Source: Sulfolobales archaeon
GTDB taxonomy: Archaea > Thermoproteota > Thermoprotei_A > Sulfolobales > AG1
Reading direction: 5' to 3'
NCBI GenBank assembly: GCA_049970935.1
Contig: JBMFLZ010000002.1
Span: forward strand, 998 to 64,997
Length of the DNA: 64,000 nt
The notes below the pieces were generated by a model. The model worked only from the letters and a program-made list of their open reading frames with translations, did not search any database and was not told the DNA's origin. Below are positions 1-9,400 of the stretch, one piece after another; the first letter of the stretch is position 1, and each line of letters begins with the position of its first letter. The position numbers and the translations under genes were made by a program.

Positions 1-846
1 CTTGGAGGCAAATTTATAGGTCGTTTAATAGGTATTGTGATGACTGCTAACTCTATGGCCATGATAATTGGTCCGCTTCTGGGCTACTACATAAAGGAGA
101 TCTATGGATATCACGTTTATTTCTCTGCAATAACTCTAATGTTTTTATTAAGTTCCTTGTTAATATTCACACTAAGAGTATACTATATTGAGAATAGAGA
201 CAGTACTACTCATAGAAGCAGAGAGAAAGTATTTATTGATTCTCTCAAAAAAATATTCTCAATTAATAAAGATGAAAAAATCTTGTACCCATTTATTATA
301 TTTGTCATATTAGATCGTTTCGTATACAATATGTGGGCTCAATTATTATTTGCTTTAACAGCTTACGAGAATATTTCTTCGGAGATAGCCGCTTATTTCT
401 CAACGATTCAATATATAAGCTGGTTTTTATCACAGTATTTATTCGGAATATTAACGGATAAAAAAGATCCTTTTCACATACTGAGTCTCTCAGAGATCTT
501 TTCAGGTTTAGCTGCTATCTCTATTGGAATAGGCATCGAGATAAGATCTTCACAATTAATATTTTTATCAGCTATTCTAGTAGGCTTATCTATCGCATCA
601 TGGATACCATCATATAACAAGATAATTCAAGTTTTTGTATCCACAGATGAAAGACCTCTATTTCTCTCGAAATTAAATATTTATGCTATAATATTTGGTT
701 CTCCAGGACCTTATGTAGGAGGTTTAATAAGGGACGCTATGATCCATGGATTATCTCATTTATTTATAGCATCATTTATTCATTTTATTAATGCCGTACT
801 CCTCATATCGTTAATGAGACGTAGAGTGCAGAACACAATTAAATAA
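1..846 (+). CDS. Polytopic membrane transporter, probably MFS-type (5' end cut by window edge)
   Basis: The frame is open from nt 1 (LGGKFIGRLIGIV precedes the listed Met). Several hydrophobic helices, no catalytic motifs. The family call rests on general resemblance only. Confidence 0.5.
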   Translation, partial: LGGKFIGRLIGIVMTANSMAMIIGPLLGYYIKEIYGYHVYFSAITLMFLLSSLLIFTLRVYYIENRDSTTHRSREKVFIDSLKKIFSINKDEKILYPFIIFVILDRFVYNMWAQLLFALTAYENISSEIAAYFSTIQYISWFLSQYLFGILTDKKDPFHILSLSEIFSGLAAISIGIGIEIRSSQLIFLSAILVGLSIASWIPSYNKIIQVFVSTDERPLFLSKLNIYAIIFGSPGPYVGGLIRDAMIHGLSHLFIASFIHFINAVLLISLMRRRVQNTIK

Positions 847-885
847 TGAGGAGTAAGTATTATAATTTTGGAGAAGTAGTACTTA

Positions 886-938
886 AAATGATGAGGCTCG
901 AAAGGTCGGATATATGAAGAGCCCGCGCAGGTCTGAAT
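886..938 (+). ncRNA. C/D box sRNA (2'-O-methylation guide)
   Basis: Box C ATGATGA (888-894), 12-nt guide GGCTCGAAAGGT, D' CGGA (907-910), 3-nt spacer, C' ATGAAGA (914-920), 12-nt guide GCCCGCGCAGGT, box D CTGA (933-936). Guides are GC-rich in an AT-rich intergenic region. TATA-like ATTATAATTTT lies about 25 nt upstream. Confidence 0.8.
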
Positions 939-940
939 TC

Positions 941-1246
941 TTATTTTGCCTCTGCTTCTCTCGAGTAAGCCATTGATACTATCTTCTCGAATAAATTAAC
1001 TATTTGCAGACCTCGAGTAGAGATCTTGAAAACAAGATCATTTGAAACAGTTTTCTCTATAAATCTATTTTCTACTAAATACATTATAGCAGGTAATAGA
1101 TCCTCAATCTCCCCACTTATATACGTATCTCTTCTCACTGCCTCAACTATTTCTTGGAAACTCAGCTCATTCTTCCCAGATCTCTTAAATACATAAAGGA
1201 TTTGTAGAGGAAGCGGTATATATAAATCATTTACTTTTCTGTACAT
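941..1246 (-). CDS. Small winged-helix-like DNA-binding protein (hypothetical)
   Basis: 101-aa ORF. The pattern LSFQEIVEAV...LVENRFIEK resembles a wHTH recognition-helix/wing layout. No stronger evidence. Confidence 0.35.
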   Translation of the reverse strand: MYRKVNDLYIPLPLQILYVFKRSGKNELSFQEIVEAVRRDTYISGEIEDLLPAIMYLVENRFIEKTVSNDLVFKISTRGLQIVNLFEKIVSMAYSREAEAK

Positions 1247-1462
1247 AAGTATCCTCGTATACAGAGCTTAGATAAGAAACATTAAAAACTATACCGATCG
1301 CTTTATACGAAAAATTATATAGAAATCTTTTTCTTGTAAACAAAGGATCTCTTAGAGTAAATCTGTTTTTGACCACGAAAAAGTTTTTAGTCCAAGACAG
1401 AATATCTCTAAGATAATAGTGGGATAGTGTGCTTAGACGCTTTAAAAAGAGGTTAAGACTAA

Positions 1463-4168
1463 ATGATCATATATGCAAATGATCCTGGTAGCGATGATGA
1501 GGCCTTAACTCTTCTAAGAGATTATATTCGAGATTGGTTTAGAAACAAATACGGTTCTCTAACACCTCCTCAGAGAATAGCTATTCCATGGATCAAGAGA
1601 GGATATAATGTTCTGATCTCCAGTCCTACAGGATCTGGAAAAACACTTGCAGCATTTATAGCTATTCTCGACGAGCTCTATGGTTTATGGGAGAAGAATG
1701 AGTTAAGAGATGAGGTATATGTTCTATATGTTTCTCCGCTGAGAGCTTTGAATAATGATATGAGAAGAAATCTTATTGAGCCTCTGAATGAGATAAATGA
1801 GCTACTTAGACAAAGAGGTATAGAGCCTCCCGAGATAAGAGTTAGTGTTAGAACAAGTGATACGACCTCGAATGAGAAGCGAAAAATGCTTAATAGACCT
1901 CCACATATTCTTATTACTACACCGGAGACACTCGCAATAACTCTTGTAGCACCTAAATTTAGGGAGAGGCTTAAGAGTATTCGATGGGTTATAGTAGACG
2001 AAATCCATGAGTTAGCATCTAGTAAGAGAGGTACTCATTTATCGCTCAGTCTCGAGAGACTACGAGAATTAACAGAGAAGGAATTCCAGAGAATAGGTTT
2101 GTCGGCAACAATTAATCCTCTAGATACTGTTGCTCGATTCTTAGTTGGGTACGATGATACTGGTAACCCGAGAAATTGTGTTATTGTTGATGCTAGATTC
2201 TCCAAGCCTATTGATATAAAAGTTGTTTGTCCAAATGTGGATCTTATCAGAGCATCGGCTGAGGAAATTAATCAAGCAATATATAGCACAGTCGCTGAAA
2301 CAATTAAGCAGTACAGAACAACTCTTATATTCACAAACACTAGACACTCCACGGAGAAAGTGGTTTTTAAATTAAGGAAGATCTTTGAGAAATCAAGTAA
2401 CGGAATATCCCCTGATAAGATAGAGGCTCACCACGGTAGTTTATCAAGAGATCTTAGATTAGACGTTGAGGAGAGATTGAAGAGAGGAGATCTCAGAGTG
2501 GTTGTTTCATCAACTAGCTTAGAGCTGGGTATTGACATAGGATATATAGATGCTGTCATACTTCTATCAAGTCCAAAAAGTGTCACGAGACTTCTTCAGA
2601 GAGTTGGTAGAGCCGGACATCATATTAGACAGGTAAGTATAGGTAGATTAATAGTTGTTGATAGAGATGATCTTATCGAGTGCACGGTATTAGCCAAGGC
2701 TGCCAAGGAGAGAAAACTTGATCGTGTTAAGATACCGATGAAACCTCTGGATATACTAGCTCAGCATTTAATAGGTATGAGTATTGAGAAGAAATGGAGA
2801 GTTGATGAGGCTCTCAGAGTTATCAGAAGATCTTATCCTTACCACGATCTTGATAAAGAGACATTAATTAATCTACTTAAGTATCTCTCATCTAATTTAA
2901 GTGAATTAGAGCATCTAAAGATTTATTCTAAACTCTGGTTCGATGAGGCAGAGGGGGTCTTTGGGAGAAAACGAGGAGCTAGAATGATTTATGCATTAAA
3001 CTCTGGTGCAATACCTGATGAAGCTAAGATACCAGTAATAAATATATCTGCGAGAAGATGGATCGGTGATCTAGATGAGGGTTTTGCTGAGATACTTGAG
3101 AGAGGAGATATTTTTGTTCTTGGTGGAAAAGTATATAAAGTAATTGATATTGAACCAACAAAGATATATGTTGTTCCAGCTGATGGTGAGAGACCTACTG
3201 TTCCTTCATGGTTCTCGGAGATGCTTCCTTTAGCCTTTGATTCAGCTCTTAAGGTAGGTGCTTTTCGAAGAAAAATTGCTACTGAGCTTCTAAAAGTTAT
3301 TGAGAGAGGAGATTTAGAGGATTCTCTAAAAAAAATAATTGATAGAATAGCTCGAGAGTATGATCTAGATAAGCATGCTGCTGAGATGATCGTAGAGTAT
3401 ATACTAGAGCAAATATACTACACTGGGGGGATAGTTCCATCCGATAAGCTAATACTAGTAGAACACTTCACAGATCCTGAGAAAGGAGCGGATCATTTAA
3501 TCTTCCATACGTTGTATGGGAGAAGAGTTAATGACGCATTGTCAAGAGCTTACGCGTATGTATTAGGTAGATTAATTAATGCTGATATAAGGATCACAGT
3601 TACAGATAATGGCTTCATTCTCTCTACGCCTATGAAATTGGTTAATGGTGAGGATGTGGTTAAGAAACTTATAAGTAGTGTAAATAGCAGAAATCTCAGA
3701 GATCTGCTCAGAAGAGCATTAAGAAATACAGAGATCTTTAGAAAAAGATTTAGACACGTCGCTGAGAGAAGTATCATGATACTTAAGAATTATCGTGGTA
3801 AGGAGATAAGTATTGATAGAAGACAAATTAATTCTGATGCTCTTCTAAGAGTAGTTGAGAAAATAAATGGTTTCCCAGTATATGAGGAAACTATGAGAGA
3901 GATTATGGAGGATTACATGGACATAGAGAATGCTTCACTGATCCTAGGCATGATCGAGAGAGGAGATATCGAAATAAAATACTTCAAGGATCCTGAAGAT
4001 GTGAAAGCTCCATCACCGATGGCTCATGGAATATATGCTACAGGTATAAGTGATGTTGTTTTAATGGAGGATCGTAGAGCTGTTCTGATAAAACTGTATA
4101 ATGAAATGCTAGAGTATTTAAAGAGAAGAAAATCACAACTATTATTATCAGTAAGCTCTAATATGTGA
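1463..4168 (+). CDS. lhr: Lhr-type ATP-dependent DEAD/DEAH-box helicase
   Basis: 901 aa. Walker A SPTGSGKT, DEIH box, SAT motif, and helicase C motifs (VSSTSLELGIDIG, QRVGRAGH). The long C-terminal domain is typical of Lhr-core proteins. Confidence 0.85.
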   Translation: MIIYANDPGSDDEALTLLRDYIRDWFRNKYGSLTPPQRIAIPWIKRGYNVLISSPTGSGKTLAAFIAILDELYGLWEKNELRDEVYVLYVSPLRALNNDMRRNLIEPLNEINELLRQRGIEPPEIRVSVRTSDTTSNEKRKMLNRPPHILITTPETLAITLVAPKFRERLKSIRWVIVDEIHELASSKRGTHLSLSLERLRELTEKEFQRIGLSATINPLDTVARFLVGYDDTGNPRNCVIVDARFSKPIDIKVVCPNVDLIRASAEEINQAIYSTVAETIKQYRTTLIFTNTRHSTEKVVFKLRKIFEKSSNGISPDKIEAHHGSLSRDLRLDVEERLKRGDLRVVVSSTSLELGIDIGYIDAVILLSSPKSVTRLLQRVGRAGHHIRQVSIGRLIVVDRDDLIECTVLAKAAKERKLDRVKIPMKPLDILAQHLIGMSIEKKWRVDEALRVIRRSYPYHDLDKETLINLLKYLSSNLSELEHLKIYSKLWFDEAEGVFGRKRGARMIYALNSGAIPDEAKIPVINISARRWIGDLDEGFAEILERGDIFVLGGKVYKVIDIEPTKIYVVPADGERPTVPSWFSEMLPLAFDSALKVGAFRRKIATELLKVIERGDLEDSLKKIIDRIAREYDLDKHAAEMIVEYILEQIYYTGGIVPSDKLILVEHFTDPEKGADHLIFHTLYGRRVNDALSRAYAYVLGRLINADIRITVTDNGFILSTPMKLVNGEDVVKKLISSVNSRNLRDLLRRALRNTEIFRKRFRHVAERSIMILKNYRGKEISIDRRQINSDALLRVVEKINGFPVYEETMREIMEDYMDIENASLILGMIERGDIEIKYFKDPEDVKAPSPMAHGIYATGISDVVLMEDRRAVLIKLYNEMLEYLKRRKSQLLLSVSSNM

Positions 4169-4743
4169 GATTATTTATTACCTTTATAATCTCTGAAAAA
4201 CTACAAAACACTAGGGGAAAAATAGAGTATTCTGATGATTGGGTGTTTGAATTGGCTTCATATTATAGCGGTGTGAAAGTTCCTTGGGTGCCAACAAGAG
4301 AAGAATTTATTGAAGTTGCCTTAGATGCCGCACAGGTAGGGCCAGGTGATGTTTTATATGACCTGGGTTGTGGAGATGGTAGAATAGTTATCGCCGCTGC
4401 TAAGAGAGGGGCTAAAGCTGTGTGTGTTGAAATTAATCCTGATCTATTGAATAGAGCTATTGAGAATGCTAAGAAGGCTGGTGTGGATCACATGATAACA
4501 TTTATTCAAGATGATTTTATGAAAGTGGATTTATCAAATGCTACTGTTGTCTATTTGTATCTTTTAACTAGTGTTAATGAGATGCTTAAACCTAAATTAG
4601 CAAAAGAACTGAAAAAAGGCGCTAGAGTAATAAGTCTTGACTTCATGATCACGGGCTGGAAAGAGGTTAAGAGTATAAGGGTTTCGTCACCGGCTAGAAC
4701 AGGAACATATTACTTATATATTATTGGCTACAGCGATCGCTAG
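4165..4743 (+). CDS. Class I SAM-dependent methyltransferase
   Basis: Motif I VLYDLGCGDGRIV and an acidic post-I residue (CVEIN). The GTG start overlaps the lhr stop (GTGA). Start uncertain. Confidence 0.7.
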   Translation: MRLFITFIISEKLQNTRGKIEYSDDWVFELASYYSGVKVPWVPTREEFIEVALDAAQVGPGDVLYDLGCGDGRIVIAAAKRGAKAVCVEINPDLLNRAIENAKKAGVDHMITFIQDDFMKVDLSNATVVYLYLLTSVNEMLKPKLAKELKKGARVISLDFMITGWKEVKSIRVSSPARTGTYYLYIIGYSDR

Positions 4744-4763
4744 TCTCATAACTAGTCTCTAAG

Positions 4764-5648
4764 CTACGAGGAAGGGAGTCTTCTTCTCAGAAATTGATTA
4801 ATTAATTCGCTTAAGATTTTTGTGTCTATGTAGCCCCTTAAAATATTTGATAGATCTCTTAGTGCTCTATTAACAGGATCCCTGTCTCTTACATATCTAC
4901 CTATTACCCATATCAATGAGTCAAGTTTGATCAGGGGTATACCTGATGTCTCAGAAACAATATCCCAAGCTCTTAGAGCTGTCTTCTTCTCCCTCATTAT
5001 ATACTCAACCACATCTCTATTATCTACAACATCTACCATTTCCGAAGTGAAACTCACCGCAGCTACTCTTCTATCAACCGGGATCTTTACTTCTTCAAAT
5101 CCTCCTATTTTCATATTGCATATTCTCGCCACATAGTACAGCATTTTTACTGAGAAAACAATTGTTTTATCATATATACTTTGTCTGAGGATCTCTGAGA
5201 GTCTTCTTGCGAAACTACCGAGATCCTTTGCATAGTCACTGAATTTCGCATATATCTCTATATGAAATTCTTCCTCTCTTAACCTGGATATTCTTCTTAA
5301 TTTGATTTCTCTTGCGCTAGTATTTCCTCTACTAGATAACAAGAATCTTCTGAAGGCGTCCCAAAGCATCTCAGGATTTCTACTATATTTCTTAAATTCC
5401 TGGTAGCGAGAGAACTCCCACCAATAGTCCTCACCTGTTGTTGATAATTGATAAGAGACTATTGAGTTTAGTACTGTTAAGAGTGCTAGAGAGGAGCAGT
5501 CATTTAGTTCTCTATATAGATTTTCTAAGGCTTTATACTGTGGATCAGTGATCTCAAATAATTCAATTTTATCCGAGCCAAATTCTCTTAGGAATATTCC
5601 TAACTCAATGGCTCTATCTCTATTTAGATAAATCACCATTTTCTCCAA
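4764..5648 (-). CDS. Archaeal 8-oxoguanine DNA glycosylase/lyase (AGOG family)
   Basis: DPQYKAL, NSIVSYQLSTTGEDYWWEF, KTIVFSVKMLYY, IPVDRRVA and SGIPLIKLDSLIWVIGR align with the Pyrobaculum AGOG sequence as I recall it. Confidence 0.75.
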   Translation of the reverse strand: MEKMVIYLNRDRAIELGIFLREFGSDKIELFEITDPQYKALENLYRELNDCSSLALLTVLNSIVSYQLSTTGEDYWWEFSRYQEFKKYSRNPEMLWDAFRRFLLSSRGNTSAREIKLRRISRLREEEFHIEIYAKFSDYAKDLGSFARRLSEILRQSIYDKTIVFSVKMLYYVARICNMKIGGFEEVKIPVDRRVAAVSFTSEMVDVVDNRDVVEYIMREKKTALRAWDIVSETSGIPLIKLDSLIWVIGRYVRDRDPVNRALRDLSNILRGYIDTKILSELINQFLRRRLPSS

Positions 5649-6184
5649 ATCTCCTCAGTGTAGTTATCTAATGAATTATTATATCTAGCTAGCACATATA
5701 GTAGATCTGATAATCTATTTAGTATAACGAGATATATTCTATCGATTCTATTCTCGTGATATAATTTTGAAGCTATCCTCTCACCTCTTCTACAGACGCT
5801 TCTTGCCACGTGTATTACTGATGTCACGGGGGTTCCAGTTGGGTACACAAAAGCATATTTAGGCTCAGGGATCTTTTCCCAAAGATCGTTTGTTAATCTC
5901 TCTATATTCTCCACGTCTCTCTCTGATACCCATGGATCAGTTAATTTACTCTTTGGATATGCTAAGTCTCTGCTCATTCTAAACAATAGGTCTTGAATAT
6001 CTCTAAGAATATTATTGACGTATTCGTTTTTAGAGAAACTTCTTGCTAGACCTATGAAAGAGTTTAATTCATCTAATACTCCAATAAGCTCTATTAAAAG
6101 ATCTTCTTTAGCTATTTTTTCGCCAAACATTATATACGTATACCCGTCATCACCGAGATGAGCTCTCTTCAATTTCATCAACAC
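5633..6184 (-). CDS. PduO-type ATP:cob(I)alamin adenosyltransferase
   Basis: GDDGYT near the N-terminus, IGVLDELNSFIGLAR, and RRGERI in the C-terminal helix bundle. Size is typical (183 aa). Confidence 0.8.
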   Translation of the reverse strand: MLMKLKRAHLGDDGYTYIMFGEKIAKEDLLIELIGVLDELNSFIGLARSFSKNEYVNNILRDIQDLLFRMSRDLAYPKSKLTDPWVSERDVENIERLTNDLWEKIPEPKYAFVYPTGTPVTSVIHVARSVCRRGERIASKLYHENRIDRIYLVILNRLSDLLYVLARYNNSLDNYTEEIWRKW

Positions 6185-7215
6185 TCCTTAGCGAGATAAT
6201 ATTCCGATGAATGCTCTCTATACAATCTTATGATCGGGGTCTCCGAGGCTTCAATGTTTAATTTCTCTGCTAACATTACTGATACTAAACCTGCGATAAA
6301 TGAACCTATCATTATCTTAGTGAGATAACCCTCTTTTTCCGGTAAATCGATTTCATTAACTACTATATTCTCGTATCTCTGGGATAGTTTCTTGAGGAAC
6401 CCCAGTAGCATCTGATTCTCAGCATCATCAGGATCAGAGATATAATAAACATATTTATAACCTCTTGGTAATGTCTCAACGTAGTTATGACCTGCCTCGG
6501 GTAGAATAGGTGTCTCTACATATAGCTTAGTATTCTCAGCAAATTCTGTTTTGAAGCGATCTATCAAAGGCGAATATCTATTATTGCTTGAAAACACAAT
6601 ATTGATTCTTTCATTACTTCTTATCTTCTCATATAGCTCATTTGCTATCTCATTGGAAAGATCTTTGTATTCATTCATGTACGATATTGTTCTCTCAAGA
6701 TCTCTGTAGAGCCTGTTTAGATCTATTTTTAGAAGCTCAATGAGCTTCATAACTCCCACAAGAAGCATTGGTAGTGAGGCTCTTGGAAGATATCCTTGAA
6801 AAACCTTGTAGTATGGAACAGATCTTTTTTTAGCTTCCTCGAGAAGTCTACCATTACTTGAGACAATTCCCACGTCGCAATTTCTCGAAAGAATTTTTTT
6901 GAGGAAACATAGAGTTTCTCCAGTATTTCCTGAGTAGCTTACAGCTATTGAGAGTGCTCTATCGCATTTAGATAGTAGATTAATAGGTGTCTCAGAAGAT
7001 CTGTTTGATAAAACTATTGGTTCCTTAAAGTTATATGTTTTGTCTCCAAAGATCCTTGCTACATACTCACCTACTATTCCTGAGCCTCCCATACCTGATA
7101 CATAAACAAGATCTTTATTACTGAAAAATTTTTTATTTACAACCTCTATATTAATTGATTCTCGAATCATTTTATCCCACGATAAATATGCTTGCTTAAG
7201 ACTCAAAAGCTTCAC
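6178..7215 (-). CDS. Bifunctional phosphoglucose/phosphomannose isomerase (SIS domain)
   Basis: SGMGGSGIVGEY and SYSGNTGET SIS motifs, with the two-SIS architecture of crenarchaeal PGI/PMI. Confidence 0.7.
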   Translation of the reverse strand: MKLLSLKQAYLSWDKMIRESINIEVVNKKFFSNKDLVYVSGMGGSGIVGEYVARIFGDKTYNFKEPIVLSNRSSETPINLLSKCDRALSIAVSYSGNTGETLCFLKKILSRNCDVGIVSSNGRLLEEAKKRSVPYYKVFQGYLPRASLPMLLVGVMKLIELLKIDLNRLYRDLERTISYMNEYKDLSNEIANELYEKIRSNERINIVFSSNNRYSPLIDRFKTEFAENTKLYVETPILPEAGHNYVETLPRGYKYVYYISDPDDAENQMLLGFLKKLSQRYENIVVNEIDLPEKEGYLTKIMIGSFIAGLVSVMLAEKLNIEASETPIIRLYREHSSEYYLAKEC

Positions 7216-7337
7216 CTACGGAATTCTTCATCTAGTAATTATTTGTATTTTGAAATATAATAATGATTAAAGTATAATAGGGATTATTCTAGATACATGA
7301 ATTTGGTGGCTGAGAAATAGATGTAGAAACTAAATTA

Positions 7338-8414
7338 ATGAAAATTAAAGAAGGAACCGAGGAAATTATTACTGAGGAAGAGCTTAGATTACTTCTTGAG
7401 ACAGGTGGTGGGAAAGGCTACTTAGGATTTGAGCCATCTGGTGTCTTCCATATTGGGTGGATTGTTTGGGCTCTTAAATTCAAGGATCTTATTGAAGCAG
7501 GTTTTAAAATGAAGCTTCTTTCAGCTACATGGCATGCCTGGATAAATGATAAGTTTGGTGGGGACATGGATCTAATTAGAAAAGCATCTGATCACATAGT
7601 AGAAGTATTGGATCTATTAGGCGTGAGAAAAGGAAGTTATGAACTTGTATATGCGGAGGATCTTGTTTCAGATAAAGATTACTGGGCTCTTCTACTCAGA
7701 GCCGCAAAATATACAACTCTGGCTAGAGCTAAGAGAGCTCTAACTATTATGGGTAGAAAAGCTGAGGAGGCTGAAACTGATTTCTCGAAATTAATTTATC
7801 CATTTATGCAGGTCACAGACATATTTTACATGGATCTTGATTTAGCTCTAGGAGGAATTGATCAGAGGAAAGCTCATATGCTAGCTAGAGAACTAGCAGA
7901 TAAGTTGAAAAGGAAGAAGATAGTTGCTATACATACACCACTAATTCCCTCTCTAAAGGGTCCTGAGGCAGGTAGAATGGAAACTTCTGCTATTCTTGAG
8001 ATAGATGAGAAATACTCATCCTCTAAAATGAGTAAATCTAAGCCAGAGACAGCGATTTTTGTCATCGATTCTCCAGAGGAGATCAGAAACAAGATCCGTA
8101 AGGCTTATTGTCCACCGAAAATAGTTGAAGAGAACCCAATTATCTCCATAGCCGAGAACATAATATTAAGAATTAAAAGATCTATGAAAATTGAGAGATC
8201 ATTAAAATATGGTGGGGATATAATTATTAAAAGTAGAGAAGAGCTAAGAAAAATATATTCAGAGGGGTCTCTGCACCCACTAGATCTTAAGGAAAACGTT
8301 GCGAGAGAATTAATAGAGATATTGAGCCCCATAAGAGAAGAGATGATTAGAAGAGGCAGTATAGATATAGCTAAATACTTAATGACTAGAGTATCTAGAT
8401 CCTTAGAGAAATAA
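7338..8414 (+). CDS. tyrS: Tyrosyl-tRNA synthetase
   Basis: Class I HIGH-type motif (GFEPSGVFHIGW) and KMSKS (SSKMSKSKP). Archaeal TyrRS size. Confidence 0.9.
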   Translation: MKIKEGTEEIITEEELRLLLETGGGKGYLGFEPSGVFHIGWIVWALKFKDLIEAGFKMKLLSATWHAWINDKFGGDMDLIRKASDHIVEVLDLLGVRKGSYELVYAEDLVSDKDYWALLLRAAKYTTLARAKRALTIMGRKAEEAETDFSKLIYPFMQVTDIFYMDLDLALGGIDQRKAHMLARELADKLKRKKIVAIHTPLIPSLKGPEAGRMETSAILEIDEKYSSSKMSKSKPETAIFVIDSPEEIRNKIRKAYCPPKIVEENPIISIAENIILRIKRSMKIERSLKYGGDIIIKSREELRKIYSEGSLHPLDLKENVARELIEILSPIREEMIRRGSIDIAKYLMTRVSRSLEK

Positions 8415-8449
8415 CTTTATATAAATAAGATCTTTCGTGGTGAGTATAT

Positions 8450-9400
8450 ATCTACGAACCTATAAAGGATGTTAAAATAGATCCAGATATAAAAGTATTA
8501 GATCTAGTAAGATACTACGGAGACATACATGGCTTCACAGCACACTCGATCTACAGAGCCACAGAGATACTGAGAGAAATGATACTTAATAGCGACATAA
8601 GATTCTTATCTTTCACAGGTAATCTTGTGGCAACAGGTTTAAGAGGTATTCTTGCTCAACTTATTGATGAAGAAATATTTAATGTGATTATCACTACTTG
8701 TGGTGCCGTAGATCATGATATAGCAAGATCTCTTAATCCAGAGGGTTATCTAAAGGGATTCTTTGAAGCAGATGATAAGGAGTTATATGAGAAAAATATC
8801 CATAGATTAGGTAATGTCTTTATTAAATTAGAGAGTTACGGGCCTTCTATCGAAAGATTCACACACGAGTTAATCGATGAGTTACTTAAAATAAAATCTG
8901 TATGGGGAGTCAGAGAATTACTATACGAGGTAGGCAAAAAGTTATCAAAGGATCCTAACTCAATTCTTGGTGCAGCGTATAGAAGGAATATACCTGTGTA
9001 TGTGCCGGGTATCGTTGATGGAAGTTTTGGCACTGCTCTATTTACTAAATCCAGGATAAGTTCTTTTAAAATAGATCTTTTTAAAGACATGAGTGAATTA
9101 GCTGATATTGTTTTTAGAGCAAAATCAACAGGTGCATTAATAATTGGCGGTGGAATAAGTAAGCATCACACGATATGGTGGAATCAATTCAGAGAAGGAC
9201 TTGATTACGCAATTTATTTAACAACAGCTCAAGAATTTGACGGATCTTTGAGTGGTGCTCGAACTAGAGAAGCCATTAGCTGGGGAAAAATAAAGAGGGA
9301 GGCTAAACACGAGGTCATTATAGGAGAAGCATCAGTGATATTACCTATACTAGCTGTATACATGATCCATGTAAAGAGATCATATATTAAAACCAGCTGA
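8450..9400 (+). CDS. dys: Deoxyhypusine synthase
   Basis: LSFTGNLVATGLRG, TTCGAVDHD, VPGIVDGSFG, GGGISKHHTIWWNQF and DGSLSGA. The first ATG is at 8579, but DHS-like sequence (EPIKDV...LVRYYGDIHGFTAHSIYRATEILREM) continues in frame back to the stop at 8441-8443. 8450 is the first ATC. Start uncertain. Confidence 0.85.
   Translation: MYEPIKDVKIDPDIKVLDLVRYYGDIHGFTAHSIYRATEILREMILNSDIRFLSFTGNLVATGLRGILAQLIDEEIFNVIITTCGAVDHDIARSLNPEGYLKGFFEADDKELYEKNIHRLGNVFIKLESYGPSIERFTHELIDELLKIKSVWGVRELLYEVGKKLSKDPNSILGAAYRRNIPVYVPGIVDGSFGTALFTKSRISSFKIDLFKDMSELADIVFRAKSTGALIIGGGISKHHTIWWNQFREGLDYAIYLTTAQEFDGSLSGARTREAISWGKIKREAKHEVIIGEASVILPILAVYMIHVKRSYIKTS

Noticed and set aside
1802-3777. Short ORFs antisense to the Lhr helicase (1802-2008, 2141-2347, 3550-3777)
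   Set aside because: They lie entirely within a well-supported gene on the opposite strand. They are low-complexity, Ser/Leu/Ile-rich and without motifs, which is typical of shadow ORFs in AT-rich DNA.
7263-7312. ATGATTA ... CTGA in the PGI/tyrS spacer as a possible C/D box sRNA
   Set aside because: The spacing does not fit: no 12-nt guide lies between a plausible C' and the CTGA. The boxes are degenerate, and the guides are AT-rich.
8437-8475. GTG at 8440 (other frame) plus a +1 frameshift as the true start of dys
   Set aside because: That frame stops after 11 codons, and I see no recognisable frameshift signal. Near-cognate initiation or a base-call error is simpler. It remains listed as an alternative in the dys finding.
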